Notes: a model not told the origin generated them from the sequence alone. A stretch of 64,000 nucleotides of DNA from the human T2T-CHM13v2.0 reference genome, Homo sapiens (GCF_009914755.1 NC_060928.1), one strand, 5' to 3'. Counted from the stretch's first letter, positions 1-13,686 are shown. A program made the numbers and translations.

Positions 1-419
1 TCCTGAGGGGGAGGGAAAAAGTATTATGGCTATTTTTTTTAAAAAAATAGCAAAATATAAAAGAAAAAAGGAAGAAAGAGAAGGAAACTTCCATTCTGAG
101 GGCTCACTACCTTCTTTCATTTTCATTTCTCTGGCTTTAGATTCCCACATGGTTCATGACTTTCCAGAATACCAGGGCATATTGACATACAAACCATGAA
201 CAAGGAAGGAAAAATCACAAACTTGTCTCCCATTGCTCAGAGTGGCACAGGTTTTAAAGTGGCACACCCATCATAGGTTTCTCTATTCTGTTTCTTCTCC
301 CTAAATCGCAGGAGCTTAGAGGCTTGGGTTCCCAGGACTATGGAGTCTACTAATCTGGCCTCTTTCTACTCTCCAAATTGAGACCTCTCACCTCTTTTTA
401 TTTTCTGGAAAAATAGTAC

Positions 420-753
420 TGTTCTATTTTGTTTGTCCTGCTATAACAAAATACCTGAGACTGAGAATTTACTAGGAGCAAAAATTTATTTCTTACCATT
501 CTAGAGGCTTAGTTCAAGACCAAGGAGTTGGCAGTTGGTATCTGATGGGGGCCTTCCTGCTTACTCCTCTCATGGTGGAAGGCAGAAGAGAGTGAACCCA
601 CGCCCTCAAGCTCATTTATAAAGGCCTTCATCCCATCCATGAGGGCTCTGCCCTCAGGAATTAATCACTTTCTAAAGGCCCCATCTCTTAATACTACCAC
701 ATTGGCAATTGTTTCAACATATGAATTTTGGGGGACACATTCAGTTCATAGCA
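420..753 (-). mobile_element. MaLR solo LTR, MLT1A/MST-like
   Basis: Reverse complement begins TGCTATGAACTGAATGTGTCCCCCAAAATTCATATGTTGAAAC and ends ...GTATTTTGTTATAGCAGGACAAACAAAATAGAACA, matching MLT1A-type LTR ends. Confidence 0.8.
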
Positions 754-1759
754 GTGTTCTTTCCTAGGTGAACCTCCTTTGGCTTCTGGCTGAAGCTGTG
801 GGTGCTGTCACCTGCTCCCCCACACTAACTTGGCAGAATGGTGGGTGCAGTTTCTGCAGGTTTGTATTCTCCCCTAGCTTCACTCTTCTGCCTTCTATTT
901 AGATTCCTCTGGTAGCTGATTTCCTAGCCTGCTCTCTCCTGATTAAATCTTCCAGGATTCTCACATCTATTTGCTCCTCTGCTCTTGTTCTCATGGAACA
1001 CTGGCTTTCTGAAAAGCTCACATAGGACTTCACTCCAGGCCTCACATATCCATGAAACAAATTTTTGTGTGGGAGGTTCCTGTGGTCTTTTACAAACATG
1101 TAAAATATGAAAACCCTATATGGTGATTTCTTTTCCTGTTTAACTTGCTCTTCTTTATCTGAGGTTATCCCTCCATCTCAACTCATGGTTTACTTACTGA
1201 CCCAATGTCTTTCCTCCCATTTTAGAACAAAAATAATTATAGGTTTGAGATAGGTATCAGGTTTTTCTGTAATAAAGAGAAGGAATCATTTGTTGCTAAC
1301 TAATCCCAGTGAGAATTTGGGGGGACGGGGAAGGAAAGCTTCTCAGGAAACTAAAGAGCCTGGTGAAATTAGAAAGGAATCACTTCCTACCCTTAGTGTC
1401 AGGGATTTAACAGGAATTATCTCTTCTTTCCTTTTCTCCCTTATAGACAATTGCTGTGAGGATAAGAAAAAGGCTGCTTTTATGCATGAGCTTAAGTCTG
1501 GATTAAGGAATGAATCACAACTGCTATTTTCTAGAGCCTCTTGTCACTGGGAAAGGCCAGGTCATACCATTTGGCTTCTATTTTATTAATCAATGAACAG
1601 CTTAAGAAAGTAGCACAACTTGCAGCTCAGATTGGCACTTTGTCTTCATTTTTCCCCCTTATTAAACAATATCCTTGTTGAGCCACCTGTAATTTCAGAA
1701 TTTACTCATGTATATGTATTCATTCAACAACATTCAACAGCAAACACATTGTTGAGTAC

Positions 1760-2194
1760 TATGGTGACTGAGTTCGTGAATTAGTGGTCTTAATTCTTCA
1801 CTCCCCTGTAGTATAATGTACATTCTCATTCTTTTCATGGCTTCATGGTCAGAGGAGTGTACTTTTATGCCCCTTGTCTTTAGACTTGTCCATGGGTCTT
1901 TTTTTAATGATGGGATATAGCATACATGCTTTAAGTAAGGCCTTGAATTGTCCTTGTTCTTTTCTCATTGCCATGACAAGAATAGCTGCTATCCCCTTAT
2001 CCAATGGGCCTCAGTATATGATACATGGTACAGAGATGCCCCAGCCAACTCACACATTTGCAGACTGAAGCAGTACCCTCCCAGCTGATCCACAGATGTG
2101 TGAATGAAAAATAAATACTTATTATTAAAACCATTGAGTTTGGGCTTGTTTATTATGCACTGTAGACATCATTTTCACAAAGCTGAGTAATATA
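1760..2194 (+). mobile_element. Old MaLR LTR, MLT1I/J-like
   Basis: 3' half CCCAGCTGATCCACAGATGTGTGAATGAAAAATAAATACTTATTATTAAAACCATTGAGTTTGGG...AGCTGAGTAATATA resembles MLT1I/J R-U5; boundaries approximate. Confidence 0.65.
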
Positions 2195-4184
2195 GGCATT
2201 TAGATAAGGATATGAGACCTAAAACCAAATACAGAGTTTTTAACTTTTAAAATAGACTTACTATTTAGACTCACAGTTTATTAATAAAAATATATGTATA
2301 AACAAATACATTATTGCAATAAAATAAAGTTTGCAAAGAAGTATGAAGAAGCATATGGGAGTATATAGTTGAAAATACCTCATTCTGTCTTGAGAGGTCA
2401 AGAGAAAGTTGTCCATGGAAGAAACAAGGTTGAAACATTTGGATCTGGGGGAGAGGGACAGTGAGAACATTTCAGGCGGGAAAGTACAAACAGGAAACAG
2501 CACAGCTGGTTAAATCAGACATTAACCATGTTAATACCATATAATGTTAAATCAGACATTAACATTATATCATGAAAATGATGGACAATCAAAGGGGCCA
2601 TATCACATATAGAGTAAGAAGAAATCTTGAGCACTTACCTGTAAAGGGTGCTGAAACAGCACAGGAGTTTAGAAGAAATAGAGAGCCAGTTAACACAAGG
2701 AAGAGAGTCCTTGTATAGCTGCCAAAATATAAATTGATCTTATTGCTGCCAATGTGGTCAGGGATCTCAAGTTGGGGGAAAAATCCTTGAAGCATTGACC
2801 TTATTGACCTTGGCTGTATTAAATACATGGTGAACAACTGTTTGAGGATTATCAGTTTGAAGGACTGCCAAATCATTTGACAACTAGGAACTCCAAGTCT
2901 TGATCCACAACATTTTCATCTTGTGGATGAGAAAACTAAGATTCAGAAGACCAAAATGTACTCAAATTCAAAAACCTAAAACCAGAAACCAGGTCTGATT
3001 TATCACTCCTGACTTCTTTCTACTATACTTTTTCCTGCCTTAAATTTACCAAAGCCTACGGAGAATGGGGAGATCTGCACAGGTAGAAGAGTCAGAATTG
3101 AGGTTTAAGAATATATATCACTATAATAATAAAGAATTAAGAGTTAGGAGAACAGAGAAGTTCCACATGCATAGAAACATCCATGATACCATGTCGTTTT
3201 CGACAAGAATGTGAATGTTTAGGGTTTTACAGAATGCCACCATACAAGGTAAGCTTTAGTTTTGGAAAAGTCACTTATGGTAAATTGACTAAACAGATGG
3301 GGTAGAAATTAATAAGAGCAGCTCCTCAGAAACACATCTAGAAGAAGCTACAACTGGCCTAACATCTTGCTTATTACCAACAGAGCTGTTGGGAGTAAAA
3401 TACCTTCTAAAGCCAAGCACACAATGAAGAAAACTGAACAAAATAAACTGACACAATTCAGCAATATTATCTTCTGGGAAAATCTGGAAGATGTAAAGGC
3501 ACTACTCTGTGCTTTTCTTCTCTTAATAACATCTAATATCTTCTATAAGATTAAATATTTTGGCGAAAAAACCAGAATCCTCTTTTACAGCTTGATAGAA
3601 TTGTATCTATTCTTACAGATGATTTCAGATCCCTTCAAATATCCCTTGGAAGGACAGAATAGGTTATTCCTAAGCCATAGAATTCCCAGTAGTACATATT
3701 ATAGCAAGGGACACTGAATGAGCAACCAATTAGCATTAACTGAGCACAAGTGTGCCCAAGACGGAGCATGTGTTGTTCACTTCACATTCTCCTGAGGCAG
3801 ATGTCATGTCTTTCTCACACGTGTTCAGTAGGACTGGTGCAGATTCTGAGCTCTCATCTCTAAATGAAAATTGAACCATCAGTATGTGCAGGCTTGACAA
3901 AACAACAACAACAACAACAAAAACAGGGCTAGTTCAGTAGTTCAGTCTAAGGGAAAGGACCTGAGCTTTGAGTGAATTTAATGAAAACGTAAAATTATGA
4001 AGAACTGTTATTTAGAATATTGACATAAAAAGTGGCCTCTTAAGAGAAGATAAAGGTGAAAGCATTTATTGGTGTAAAAATAAAGTGGAGAAGAGCAGGA
4101 GCATTTAAATAACATATTTTGTTCCAAAGATCCAGAGATATCTCTGAGACTAAATACCTGCCATGAGTGAGACTGGTGAACTGT

Positions 4185-4480
4185 AGCTGGCACAGTGGCT
4201 CGCACCTATAATCCTAGCACTTTGGGAGGCTGAGGCAGCAGGAGCACTTGAGCCCAGGAGTTTGAGAACAGCCTGGGCAACATAGTGAGACCTAGTCTTA
4301 ACAGAAAACGTTAAAATTAGGTGGACATAATGGTGCCTGCCTGTACTTGGTACAGCTACTTGGTAACTGAGGCAGGATGATTGAGCCCAAGAGTTCGAGG
4401 TTACAATGAGCTTTGATTGCACCACTGCACTCCAGCCTGGGTTATATAGACCAGGTCCTTGTCTCAAAAACAAAACAAAA
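4185..4480 (+). mobile_element. AluJ SINE
   Basis: Dimeric Alu with J-type motifs (GAGCCCAGGAGTTTGAG, CATAGTGAGACC, GAGTTCGAGGTTACAATGAGC); decayed TSD ACTGGTGAAC / ACTAGTGAAC. Confidence 0.92.
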
Positions 4481-5069
4481 CTAGTGAACCTCAATAGACA
4501 GTTTTTTGCCCATATTTCAAATTGTCTGCTAAGTACGACTACTTCACTATATCCAAGCTACTGGATAAACCTATTTATCCCTGAAACAACCACAGAATAG
4601 ATGTACTTCCTTTTGGAAGTACAAAAGGAAGATATTCTTCCTTTTGTCCTTAAGTTCAGGCCTCAGTGTTCTGCTCTAATTGGTTTAACTCTCCTCAACT
4701 CCCTGTTTCCTCCAGCTTTATCTGATCCTTCTGGTAACAAGACCCACATGTTTACCTCTACAGTGCCAACCTCATTCTGATACTGTGCATCACTCTCTAA
4801 TCATTCCACTCTCAGGTAAAGTTCAGTTTATTCTACGAATACCAAAATGGGTGAATTCTCCTGTCCCCACAGCAGCCCCATGAATGATTTTCTTAGAAAG
4901 TGCTCATATTCCTACTCCATGTACATAACACTACCTCTTTTGGCTTTCCTTCTACTTCCTTATTTCTTTTCTGTCTCTTTGATCTCATTTTCCCCCTCAA
5001 GATTATTACTCTCCATCTCTGCTCTTAAATTTCTTTTTCTTCTTTTTATACTTTCTTCCTTAACAGTCT

Positions 5070-6110
5070 AATTAATTTAATTCTATGCAGTTGACACTTA
5101 GATTAATATCTTCAGATTCGACTTCTCTTTTAAATTTTTGCCTCATATTTCTAATTGTCTGCTAAATACAACTACTTGGCTATTCTACTTACACCTAAAA
5201 TCCAATGAGCCAAAATGGAAACTACTGTTTTTTCATGCAGACCCAGTCACCACTGTTTCTGTCCAAGGTGTGAACATTTTTCCTGGATTTGAAACTTCAG
5301 CACTCTCAATGATTGTTTTATTTCTCTTGCTCCATGTACCCCACATTCTGATCCAACCACTTTCTTAGTACTTTTGAATCTACATTTTTAATATTTCCTT
5401 CATTCACCTTCTTATCTCCAATCTCATTGCCTATGTCCCAGTTCAGGTCCTCATTACTTTTCTCTTGAGTTATTATGAGAGCATCTTAACTGAAGTCCTT
5501 TTATTGCACCAATTCATTTAAAATATGGCAAAAATATTTCTAAACAAAGAACTGCTCTGATATTGTCATTCATTTCTTCCTCTTTCCTCATATCTGTCAA
5601 TGTGGCTGTTTTATATTCCTCGGCCTAACATTTAAAGCATCCAAATCTCCATGACCTCACTCCCAAGCTTATTTCACACTAATTCTTTTTATAGAACCAT
5701 AAATTAAGCTAAACTTAATCACTGGATTGTTATTTGCTAGGATATAATGTTGGAAGTTAGATCTTATTGTTATTATTATTATGTCGTTTCTGTTATTATT
5801 ATGTTGATCCTTCTGGCAAATATATTTATATTTATCATCTTTATATATTTAAATTATAGTAATTTGGCAAGCTCCAGCTCATTTTCTTCCTTCTTTATAA
5901 ATGCCTCCCACAACTGGAAATAATTCCCACCCCAAAATTCAATAGTGTTTTTCTATGCCTCTGTGTCTCGTATATTTTGACTAAGAGCATCTCTCCTACT
6001 AGACCATAAACTCCTAAGGGTAAATCTATGTCGATTTAACATTGCATTTATCAGACAAAATACTCCAGTGCCAATAACATACAATTAAGCAAGTTTGTAT
6101 GTTTACTTAA
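5070..6110 (+). mobile_element. L2 LINE fragments
   Basis: L2-like segments CATATTTCTAATTGTCTGCTAAATAC and CTCCTACTAGACCATAAACTCCTAAGGGT; highly diverged, boundaries approximate. Confidence 0.55.
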
Positions 6111-6119
6111 TGTGCAAAT

Positions 6120-6290
6120 TAATAATCATAGCTAACCTTTTTTGAAGGGTAGATTCTCAGTGTTGCACAGAGGTATGTGCTATTTTGTTCTTCAATTTTT
6201 TGACTAGAAAAAAGCACTGAAATTCAAAGTGGTTAAGTAATTTGTCTAAAGTCAGAGTAAATGTCCTGACCAGACTCTCAAATTTATAGT
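6120..6290 (-). mobile_element. MIR SINE
   Basis: AATAATCATAGCTAACC...GGTTAAGTAATTTGTCTAAAGTCA is the reverse MIR core. Confidence 0.6.
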
Positions 6291-7219
6291 TCTAACACAG
6301 ACCTCTCCCTGAGTTCCACTCCCATATATCCAATTGCTTTCTGTACATTTCCATTTGAGTGTTTAATACTCTTCCTTTGTGACAACTTTCATACCTATCC
6401 CTTATAGTTCATTGTCTTCAGTTTGGGTCTAGCTTAGCATGCCCTCATATCATATCAAGGCTACTGAATTTGTTTAATGACTTGCTCCTTTAACCCATAC
6501 TTTTTTAAGAATTTAATTTGTCCTACATTTATCTTTCTAAATCACTTCCTGTAATACTGTCACTATCCTCCTCTAAAATTTTCAGTGTCTTCCTACCGAC
6601 TATAAAAAATAAGCCCCATCTTCTCTGTCTGGCAACCAATAAAACCCACTAATTGGTCTCAACCTATGTCTCCAGTAAATTGCTGTTATTACTCCCTGAC
6701 ATGTAGCCTCTACACCCAAACAAATTAATCTCTTCATTGCATTTGAATATACCATGTGTATCTGTGTCCCTTTTCAGAAATTACGTGCAAGGTTTGGCTT
6801 CATTGAAATACATTCCTTATTCCTATCCACTTATTAAAGTCTAAAGTATCCGTACTTTTATCTTTCAAACTAGCACTCTTTTTGCTGGGGAGAAAGAAGA
6901 GGGGAAGGATGATTACTCAGAGACTGCTCAAGGTAAGCTGGCATGTACAGTTAACCTACTTAATACCCACATACTTTCAACATCTATATCAAATCTCACC
7001 TCTCCTAAAATTTTCAGACTCATGGCCTTTAGTTTTAGTGATCATTTTTTCTTTTAGAGTGCTGTTGTATCATAGCAAATCATATAAAAGTCAACATCCT
7101 AAGACAAAGAGCTGAATCCTGTCTCCTCTACTTAATAACTATGTGATCATGCAAAGGCCTCTTAAATTCTTGGCAAGTTTTATTTGTAAATGGAATTATT
7201 TCTCTAATTTCTTTTTATT

Positions 7220-7682
7220 CCTATAGTAGGATAATACATCTACATCCTTTCCCTTGTAACTTTGTAGTATCTATCACTGTGGATGAAATATAATTTCACT
7301 TCTCATGGATGTTGGTCTAAGCTATGTGACTTGGTTTAATTAATAAGAGGTTGATAAACATGACATTATCAGAGGCTTTAAATGTGCAACCATGATTTAG
7401 TTTGTCTTTTTTGTGCTTCTATAAGTCACTCTGAGGTTGACAAACCTGAGGAAGTCATCACTTCTTTATCCTGTGCCTTGGAATAAAGACATATGAAATG
7501 AAACCACTCCAACTCTAAGCTTGGAGTCAAGTACGACCCATTCAAAGTCAAACAGACAAGATTAGGAAACCAATGCGAACCTACAGACCAAAGACTAGAA
7601 GAAAAAAGGTTAGTAGTAGTTATAAACCACTAATATTTGACATTCTTATATAGCCCTTTTCCAGAACAAGCTGACTGATATG
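7220..7682 (+). mobile_element. MLT1I/J-like LTR inserted into a MIR (MIR halves ~7100-7200 and ~7685-7770)
   Basis: GCTATGTGACTTGGTTT and terminal TATAAACCACTAATATTT...AAGCTGACTGATA; MIR-like sequence resumes on both sides. Confidence 0.55.
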
Positions 7683-8442
7683 ACTATCTCACATATTTTT
7701 GTGAGACAAATGATATAAGTAAGTGAAGGTGATTTCAGAAATTACAAAATGCAATACAAATGTTATTTGATTATTGCTACTCAGTATTATGAATTTGTGC
7801 CCATTTCTTGTTTCCTTATCTAAATTGTAAATATGAGAGAGATAAACTATTATATGAGAAATATAATCATTAGATAATTAGATAAGAAATAATTATGTTT
7901 CTTATATTTGCCGAAGTGCCCTACATGGTGCCTTATACAAAGTGGGTACTGAAGAAATATTAGCGTTGCTGCTGTTAACATGCCTCCCAAGTATATTTTG
8001 TTTATATCTTTGTTTTTGTTCTTTTAGTTCTTCAGTTTTGGACATTTTCATGGGTGGTATAAGATATTAAGAGGGTGGATTATCAAATCAAACTACTGAT
8101 TTCAGAAAGTGCCTCAAACTCTTATTATCTATCTAGTCTTGGGCAAACTGCTTAAACCCTCCAAGCATTAACTTATTTATTTATAAGAATAATATTATTA
8201 CTGATAATACATTCATCAATTAAAATTAATTACAATAATCATTTGGCAATGATTGTCACATCATAAAATAACCCAGTAAATAGCAGCTTTTATTATATTT
8301 TTTATATTTTAAATGTTCCTTTCTCCTCTCCAGAAATTTCTAAACAAACTTCTCAGACCATCTTATCATTCTCTAGACAAATATATTTCTTCTAGACAGA
8401 CAGAAACACACACACAGACATGCATACGCATGTGTGCCTGAG

Positions 8443-8467
8443 CACACACACACACACACACACACAC
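8443..8467. repeat. (CA)n microsatellite
   Basis: Direct reading; a degenerate CA/TG tract lies just upstream (8400-8440). Confidence 0.95.
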
Positions 8468-8799
8468 CCCTATTGCAGGGTTTTCCATAAATAGGTGGGG
8501 ATTAGGGAACAGGAAAAAGTGATCTTAAAAACTCTGTGTTTCATCTCTGCTTTCTGATCATCTACTTGATGTTTCCAATGCCCCCCAAACAACCTCTATT
8601 CCTATTCACCTAACTAATGCTGAACCAATCTTCAAATTTCTACTTAGAGGACACTCCCCCTGGAGAAACTTTCCCAGACTCCTCAAGGCTAAGCTGAACA
8701 TCCCTCTTATAAAGAGCCTTCATAAATTCATGATTGAGGGCACTTAAAACTGCTTTTCGACTTGTCCATTTTTAAAACTATACTATAAGTTATTTGAAG

Positions 8800-9060
8800 G
8801 CATAGATTGTGTTTGTCGCTTTCACTAGAACCTGGCACAGTCTTGGCACATATTAATCACTTAAAGGTATAAGATAAAAGAATAAAAAAGAAAGAAAGGG
8901 AAAGAATAAAGGGAGAGAGAGCGAGATAGCATAGACTGTGTTCATCACTTTCACCAGGACCTAGCACAGTCTTGGCACATATTAAGCACTTAAAGATATA
9001 AGATGAAAGAATAAAAAAGAAGAAAGAAAAAAAGGGAATAAGGGGGAAAAATAGAGAGAG
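8800..9060 (+). repeat. 129-bp tandem duplication of an L2 3' end plus GA-rich tail
   Basis: GCATAGA(T/C)TGTGTT...CACAGTCTTGGCACATATTAA.CACTTAAAG.TATAAGAT occurs starting at 8800 and again at 8929. Confidence 0.9.
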
Positions 9061-12000
9061 AAGGGAGGAAAGAAAGAAAAAGGTTACTTTTGTTTCTTTG
9101 CTTTTCAGAAGAGAATGTTAAAAGAGCAAGACAATTACTATAACATCATAAAAACTCATTTTCCACATAAATCTACATTTTGTTTGAAATCACATGTCAA
9201 TGTGTTCTCTTCCATTCATCAGAGTAATAGGCTATTTAAAAACACCAACTCATCATAAAACCTATTTGAGACAAAATGGAATGAATAGAGTAAGGTGGAT
9301 TTCTATTCTTTTCCTCCTTATTCTCCTTCTTCTTGCTCATTTTAGAAAAAGGCTCTTATTCACTAAAAACCCTTTAGCAAGAAACAAATACAGAATATTT
9401 ATCTCATCTACTTTTGAAAATTAACAGCAAGAAATTTAAGTAATCATTTATTTAAAATATTTATTTGTGATTTATATTTCTGGATAGGAATTAGAGATAA
9501 AAAGTCTAGATCTGGTTAATAAGGGGTAAATAAAAAAGAAGATAAAAGTGGAGAAATTGATTAAAAAGTAGACAATACAAAGGAAAGACGGAATACAAGA
9601 AGCTTTAGAGTAATGTTTCTTCATAGCACTTCTGTTTTAATCCTAAATTCTAAATATCCCCCTCTGGGCATTAGCAGAAGAAAGGTCTACCTGATTCTAA
9701 AGTATTCTCTAATACTGAGGAAGAGGACTGGAATGATATCCCTCTGGAGTTTGACAAAAATCTAACTGAAATTAAAATACGGTTATCAAACCAGCAATTC
9801 ACCATCTTTACTTAAAGGAATAATAAATCAGATGTTAATCAATAACATAAAGTAACAGTTTCCATTGTTCTTAATTTAAGTAGACAAGTATTAGATACAG
9901 CTTTTCTGTGCTGCCTTTTATTTTCAAATAGCTACCTTCAAAAATTATTCAAAGAGTTCAAAGAAGAAAAAGTGGCAGAGTTGGATAAACAGACCAAAAA
10001 AAAAAAAAAAAAAAAACAGAGAAGAGCCAGTCAACTCAGCAACTTTAATTGTCCATGTGGATTATAACAGTGGACTTGTCTAAGTTAGAACTATCCAGTG
10101 CACTGGCCATAAAGTACAGAGAAAATTACTAGTGTTGTTATGTTGTTGTATATTAATTTCTGCTATATAGATAGACTCAGTTCTCTTCCCATACTTGTCT
10201 AGTATATGCCTGACAAACAGAAGTCTCTCAAGAAATGTTAGTGAATGAATAAAAACAAGATTGCATAAATAATCTCCTTATTTATCATCAGGGCCAGGGC
10301 TATTGCTGAGTCCCCAATTTATACCCAAAGTTGATTCCTCTGAAACAATGACACTTAATGTAGACAGCCTCCCAAAGAAGGGGAGACAGTTCCTGTCTGT
10401 TATGTGACTGTAAGCCACTTGTCCAAACCAATTCTGCAGCAACAAGTGCCAAGTAGATGGGGAAGATGTACAGATGGCTGCCTGCATGCATCACGGGATT
10501 GGGCTGCCACCACAGCCCATTGTTATATTTATTGCTGACAAAGTAATTAACTGGCTGACTCCTTCTTTTTAAATTGGTCATCCTCAATGGACAGCTGCAC
10601 TGGGGGGTTGTACTAATCATGCCTTTGACAGGAGCGAGCTACACAGCCCCACTGCAGCAGCTAGAGCCTTTGTGAGGTCATCCCTTTGCTGCTGGACAGA
10701 AACCCATGCTTCACTCTCCCTAGGATCTTTTAAGAGGCTTCCTCACTCCTGGAAAATACATAGCATTTTTTTTCTGAGTGCTTCTTTTTCCGAAGTATAA
10801 TACAATGGGAAAAAAAGTCATTTTTTAGTTTGTTTTCCATGTGATAATTTCTTTTTTTGTTCAAGTAATAATTTCTTAAATACAAACTGAAAACTTGCCT
10901 TTAATAATAATTGTGGAAGAAGATTGCACTAATCTTAGTAGATATTACCCAAATTACCAAATTATAAGGAAGCTAGAGGTCATGTGAAGGCATCAAAAGC
11001 TGTTTCAACTCACTTCTCTGTCCAGCAACCAAGTATTTATTTTTATTTCAATAGCATAAAGAATGATCTTTATTTTTTCTACAGTAAAATGAATATTAGA
11101 TGCTTGCAGAATATTTTACATCACAGAATGTTAAAGATATTTTTATAATGAGAATGCCTAATGTATCAAGCACAGGCTTATTTGTTAGTAATACAATACC
11201 AGATTCACGGCATAGGCAAAATTCTTCCTAGGGGTCTCATGTTTGTCTTTTCTTACCTGTGAAATGAAAGCCATTGTTCTTTCCTGCCCATACTTCTTCC
11301 TGACCTAAGTAACTTCAACTCTGTTCTTTATGATTTATTCTATAAAATCGGGGGACTGGACATAGAGAATTTCTAATAATCTGTGACTATCTGGATATTG
11401 AGGCAAATAAAAATCATAATGTATTACTCAAATTAATAAAAACTGTGAATATACAATGTAAAGGGCATGTATTAATTACAAATACAACTAAATCTTGATT
11501 TGTTTTTATTATCACAAATATCAGTGTCCGTGGTTTGAGTTTGCTTATGAAAAAATCCTTTACATATTCCTTTCTGTGCTTTGCTAATTTTCCATTCTGT
11601 ATTCCAAGGCAGAACAACAGATTGCAACAAAATCGGGTTAAACATTGATCTTCCGCCCTGACATTGCATTAACTTTTGTAATAAACATCTTCACTGTGTC
11701 AACCAGCACTGTGTTTACATATTGAACCCAGCAGCCAATTGTCTTACTTCTTTTAGATGCTTTTGAATTCCAGAAGGAATCTTATCTGGAAGACTAGAAT
11801 CATGCATCTGTCATGCCTTTCAATTTTGTATTTCAGATTAACTGCTCCTTTTCCTCCACATTCTTAAGGCCTTCTAAGAAATTTCCTTCCCAATTCACTT
11901 GGTAAGTGCCTGCTCAGGCTGTTATTCTATAATGAATTCATGTCTTTTCTCCTATTTTTCCTGTGCCGCCCTTGTTATCTGGAGTCAGGATTCTGAGCTC

Positions 12001-12679
12001 TGACTTCCCTCCTTGTCATGTTGCCTGAGGAGAATTGCAGACAGACCCTCAGACCTCAAATAGTCTAGATTTTGAAGACCCTGCTTTGGCTGAGATGAGG
12101 CCAGCATTGGAGTAGAAGTAAGCACTGATATATATATTTTTTACTTACAATCTCTGAAAATTAACTATTTCTGTTCAGGTTCAGGGACTGACTGAAAGTA
12201 TGAGCTAATAGGTGTGCCTATCCATTACTGATCACATATTCTCTATTTTTGAATGTTATGAAGAATACACATTTAAGAATTGGTTTTCATATCTGCAGAT
12301 GCTGCTTGCTTCACTGAAGCTACAGGTAGAAGCTGACTACCAAAGGAGAAGGCTGAGGAGAAATTGCTCCATGAGATAAGGCAAGACATTTATCCCTGAA
12401 TGCTGTCTCTCCAAATGCACAGAAACATGTCATAAAGTGTGGGACTAGGGTCTCTAAAGGACATGTAATACCTCATTTCTGGAGATATGGTCTAACATGA
12501 AAGGGTCATAATCGATGGTCAAGTCACAAAATTTATTTCTAGAGTCATTTTACTAAATATGGAGAGATCTGCAAAAATTGTATGCCTGGGGAAAATCCCA
12601 TTCAGACCAACTGACCCAGACCAATCAATGACAACTCAGAGTAGTAATGAAAAATTCATTAGACTAACTCCCATAATTT

Positions 12680-12880
12680 GCTAAGAGGCACTGTACTAAG
12701 TATATAACACAATATCTCATTGTGTGATCCTTATAATAGCTCTATGAGGTACATGTCATTCTTCCTATTTTTTAGACAGAAAAGTCTCTGATAAATAACT
12801 TGTCCAAAGTCACGTATTTACCACATTTACCAGAGTTATAACCCAAATCGGTCTGACTCTAAATGCTCTTAGCCATTCAG
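12680..12880 (-). mobile_element. MIR SINE
   Basis: GGCACTGTACTAAG...CTCTATGAGGTAC...AATAACTTGTCCAAAGTCAC...TCTGACTCTAAATGCTCTTA. Confidence 0.7.
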
Positions 12881-13686
12881 TCCTACTGCAAAATAAGCAC
12901 ACCAGTGGAGAGCAATAGAGAATGGGAACGCAGTCACAATGGGAGCCTGTCATTGGATCTCATGTATGCAGAGGTTCCTTCTTCCAGGAGAGCTTTGCCC
13001 TTGTCCTCATTAACTTTTATGTCAATACATTCAATGCACTGTATTGGATTTCTAGATTGGGAGCTAAAAAAAGAACAGATTTCTAAATATCAGCTATCTT
13101 ATTTTACCAGCTTGCCTTAAACAAGTTACAGAATATCTCTATTTATAATTATTTTTACCTAAAAATAGGAATAAAACTACTCTTCAATATGTGATTTTTA
13201 AAAAGGATGATAAAATCAAAGGAATTTAGAATAATCCTTGCACATAGTGGGCACTTAGAAACTTTTGCTTCCTTATTGACTCCCTTCTCCTTACATTTCA
13301 ATCTTGTTCCATGTCTCATGGCCTCTTCAGAGCAGAGACTATGTAGTATTTACCTTCATATCTTCAGACAAAATGCTTAGCATATAGTCGGTGGTCAGTT
13401 ACTGGAAATGATTTAAAGACATTGAGAATTACTTCCTTTGAAATTTTAAGAGGTGTGGTAAAACTTTGGTTTCAGAATATATCTTTATTGATTTTTTAAA
13501 TATGTATTTTTCTTATATATTATGGTCAACCTCTTGGGATCTTTAGAAAAGAACATTTTCCAGTTTTTTTGAATCTCGGGCCAAGAGAATTAGAACACTC
13601 CATAAAATTACACAGGTATATCTGATAAAGGCCATACTCTATTTTTCCATATAAGTATAAAACTGTTGTATAAAAAATTACCTTCT

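Noticed and set aside
12280-12330. Possible micro-exon CTGCAG|ATG...TACAG|GTAGAA
   Set aside because: Weak pyrimidine tract and weak donor; no supporting context.
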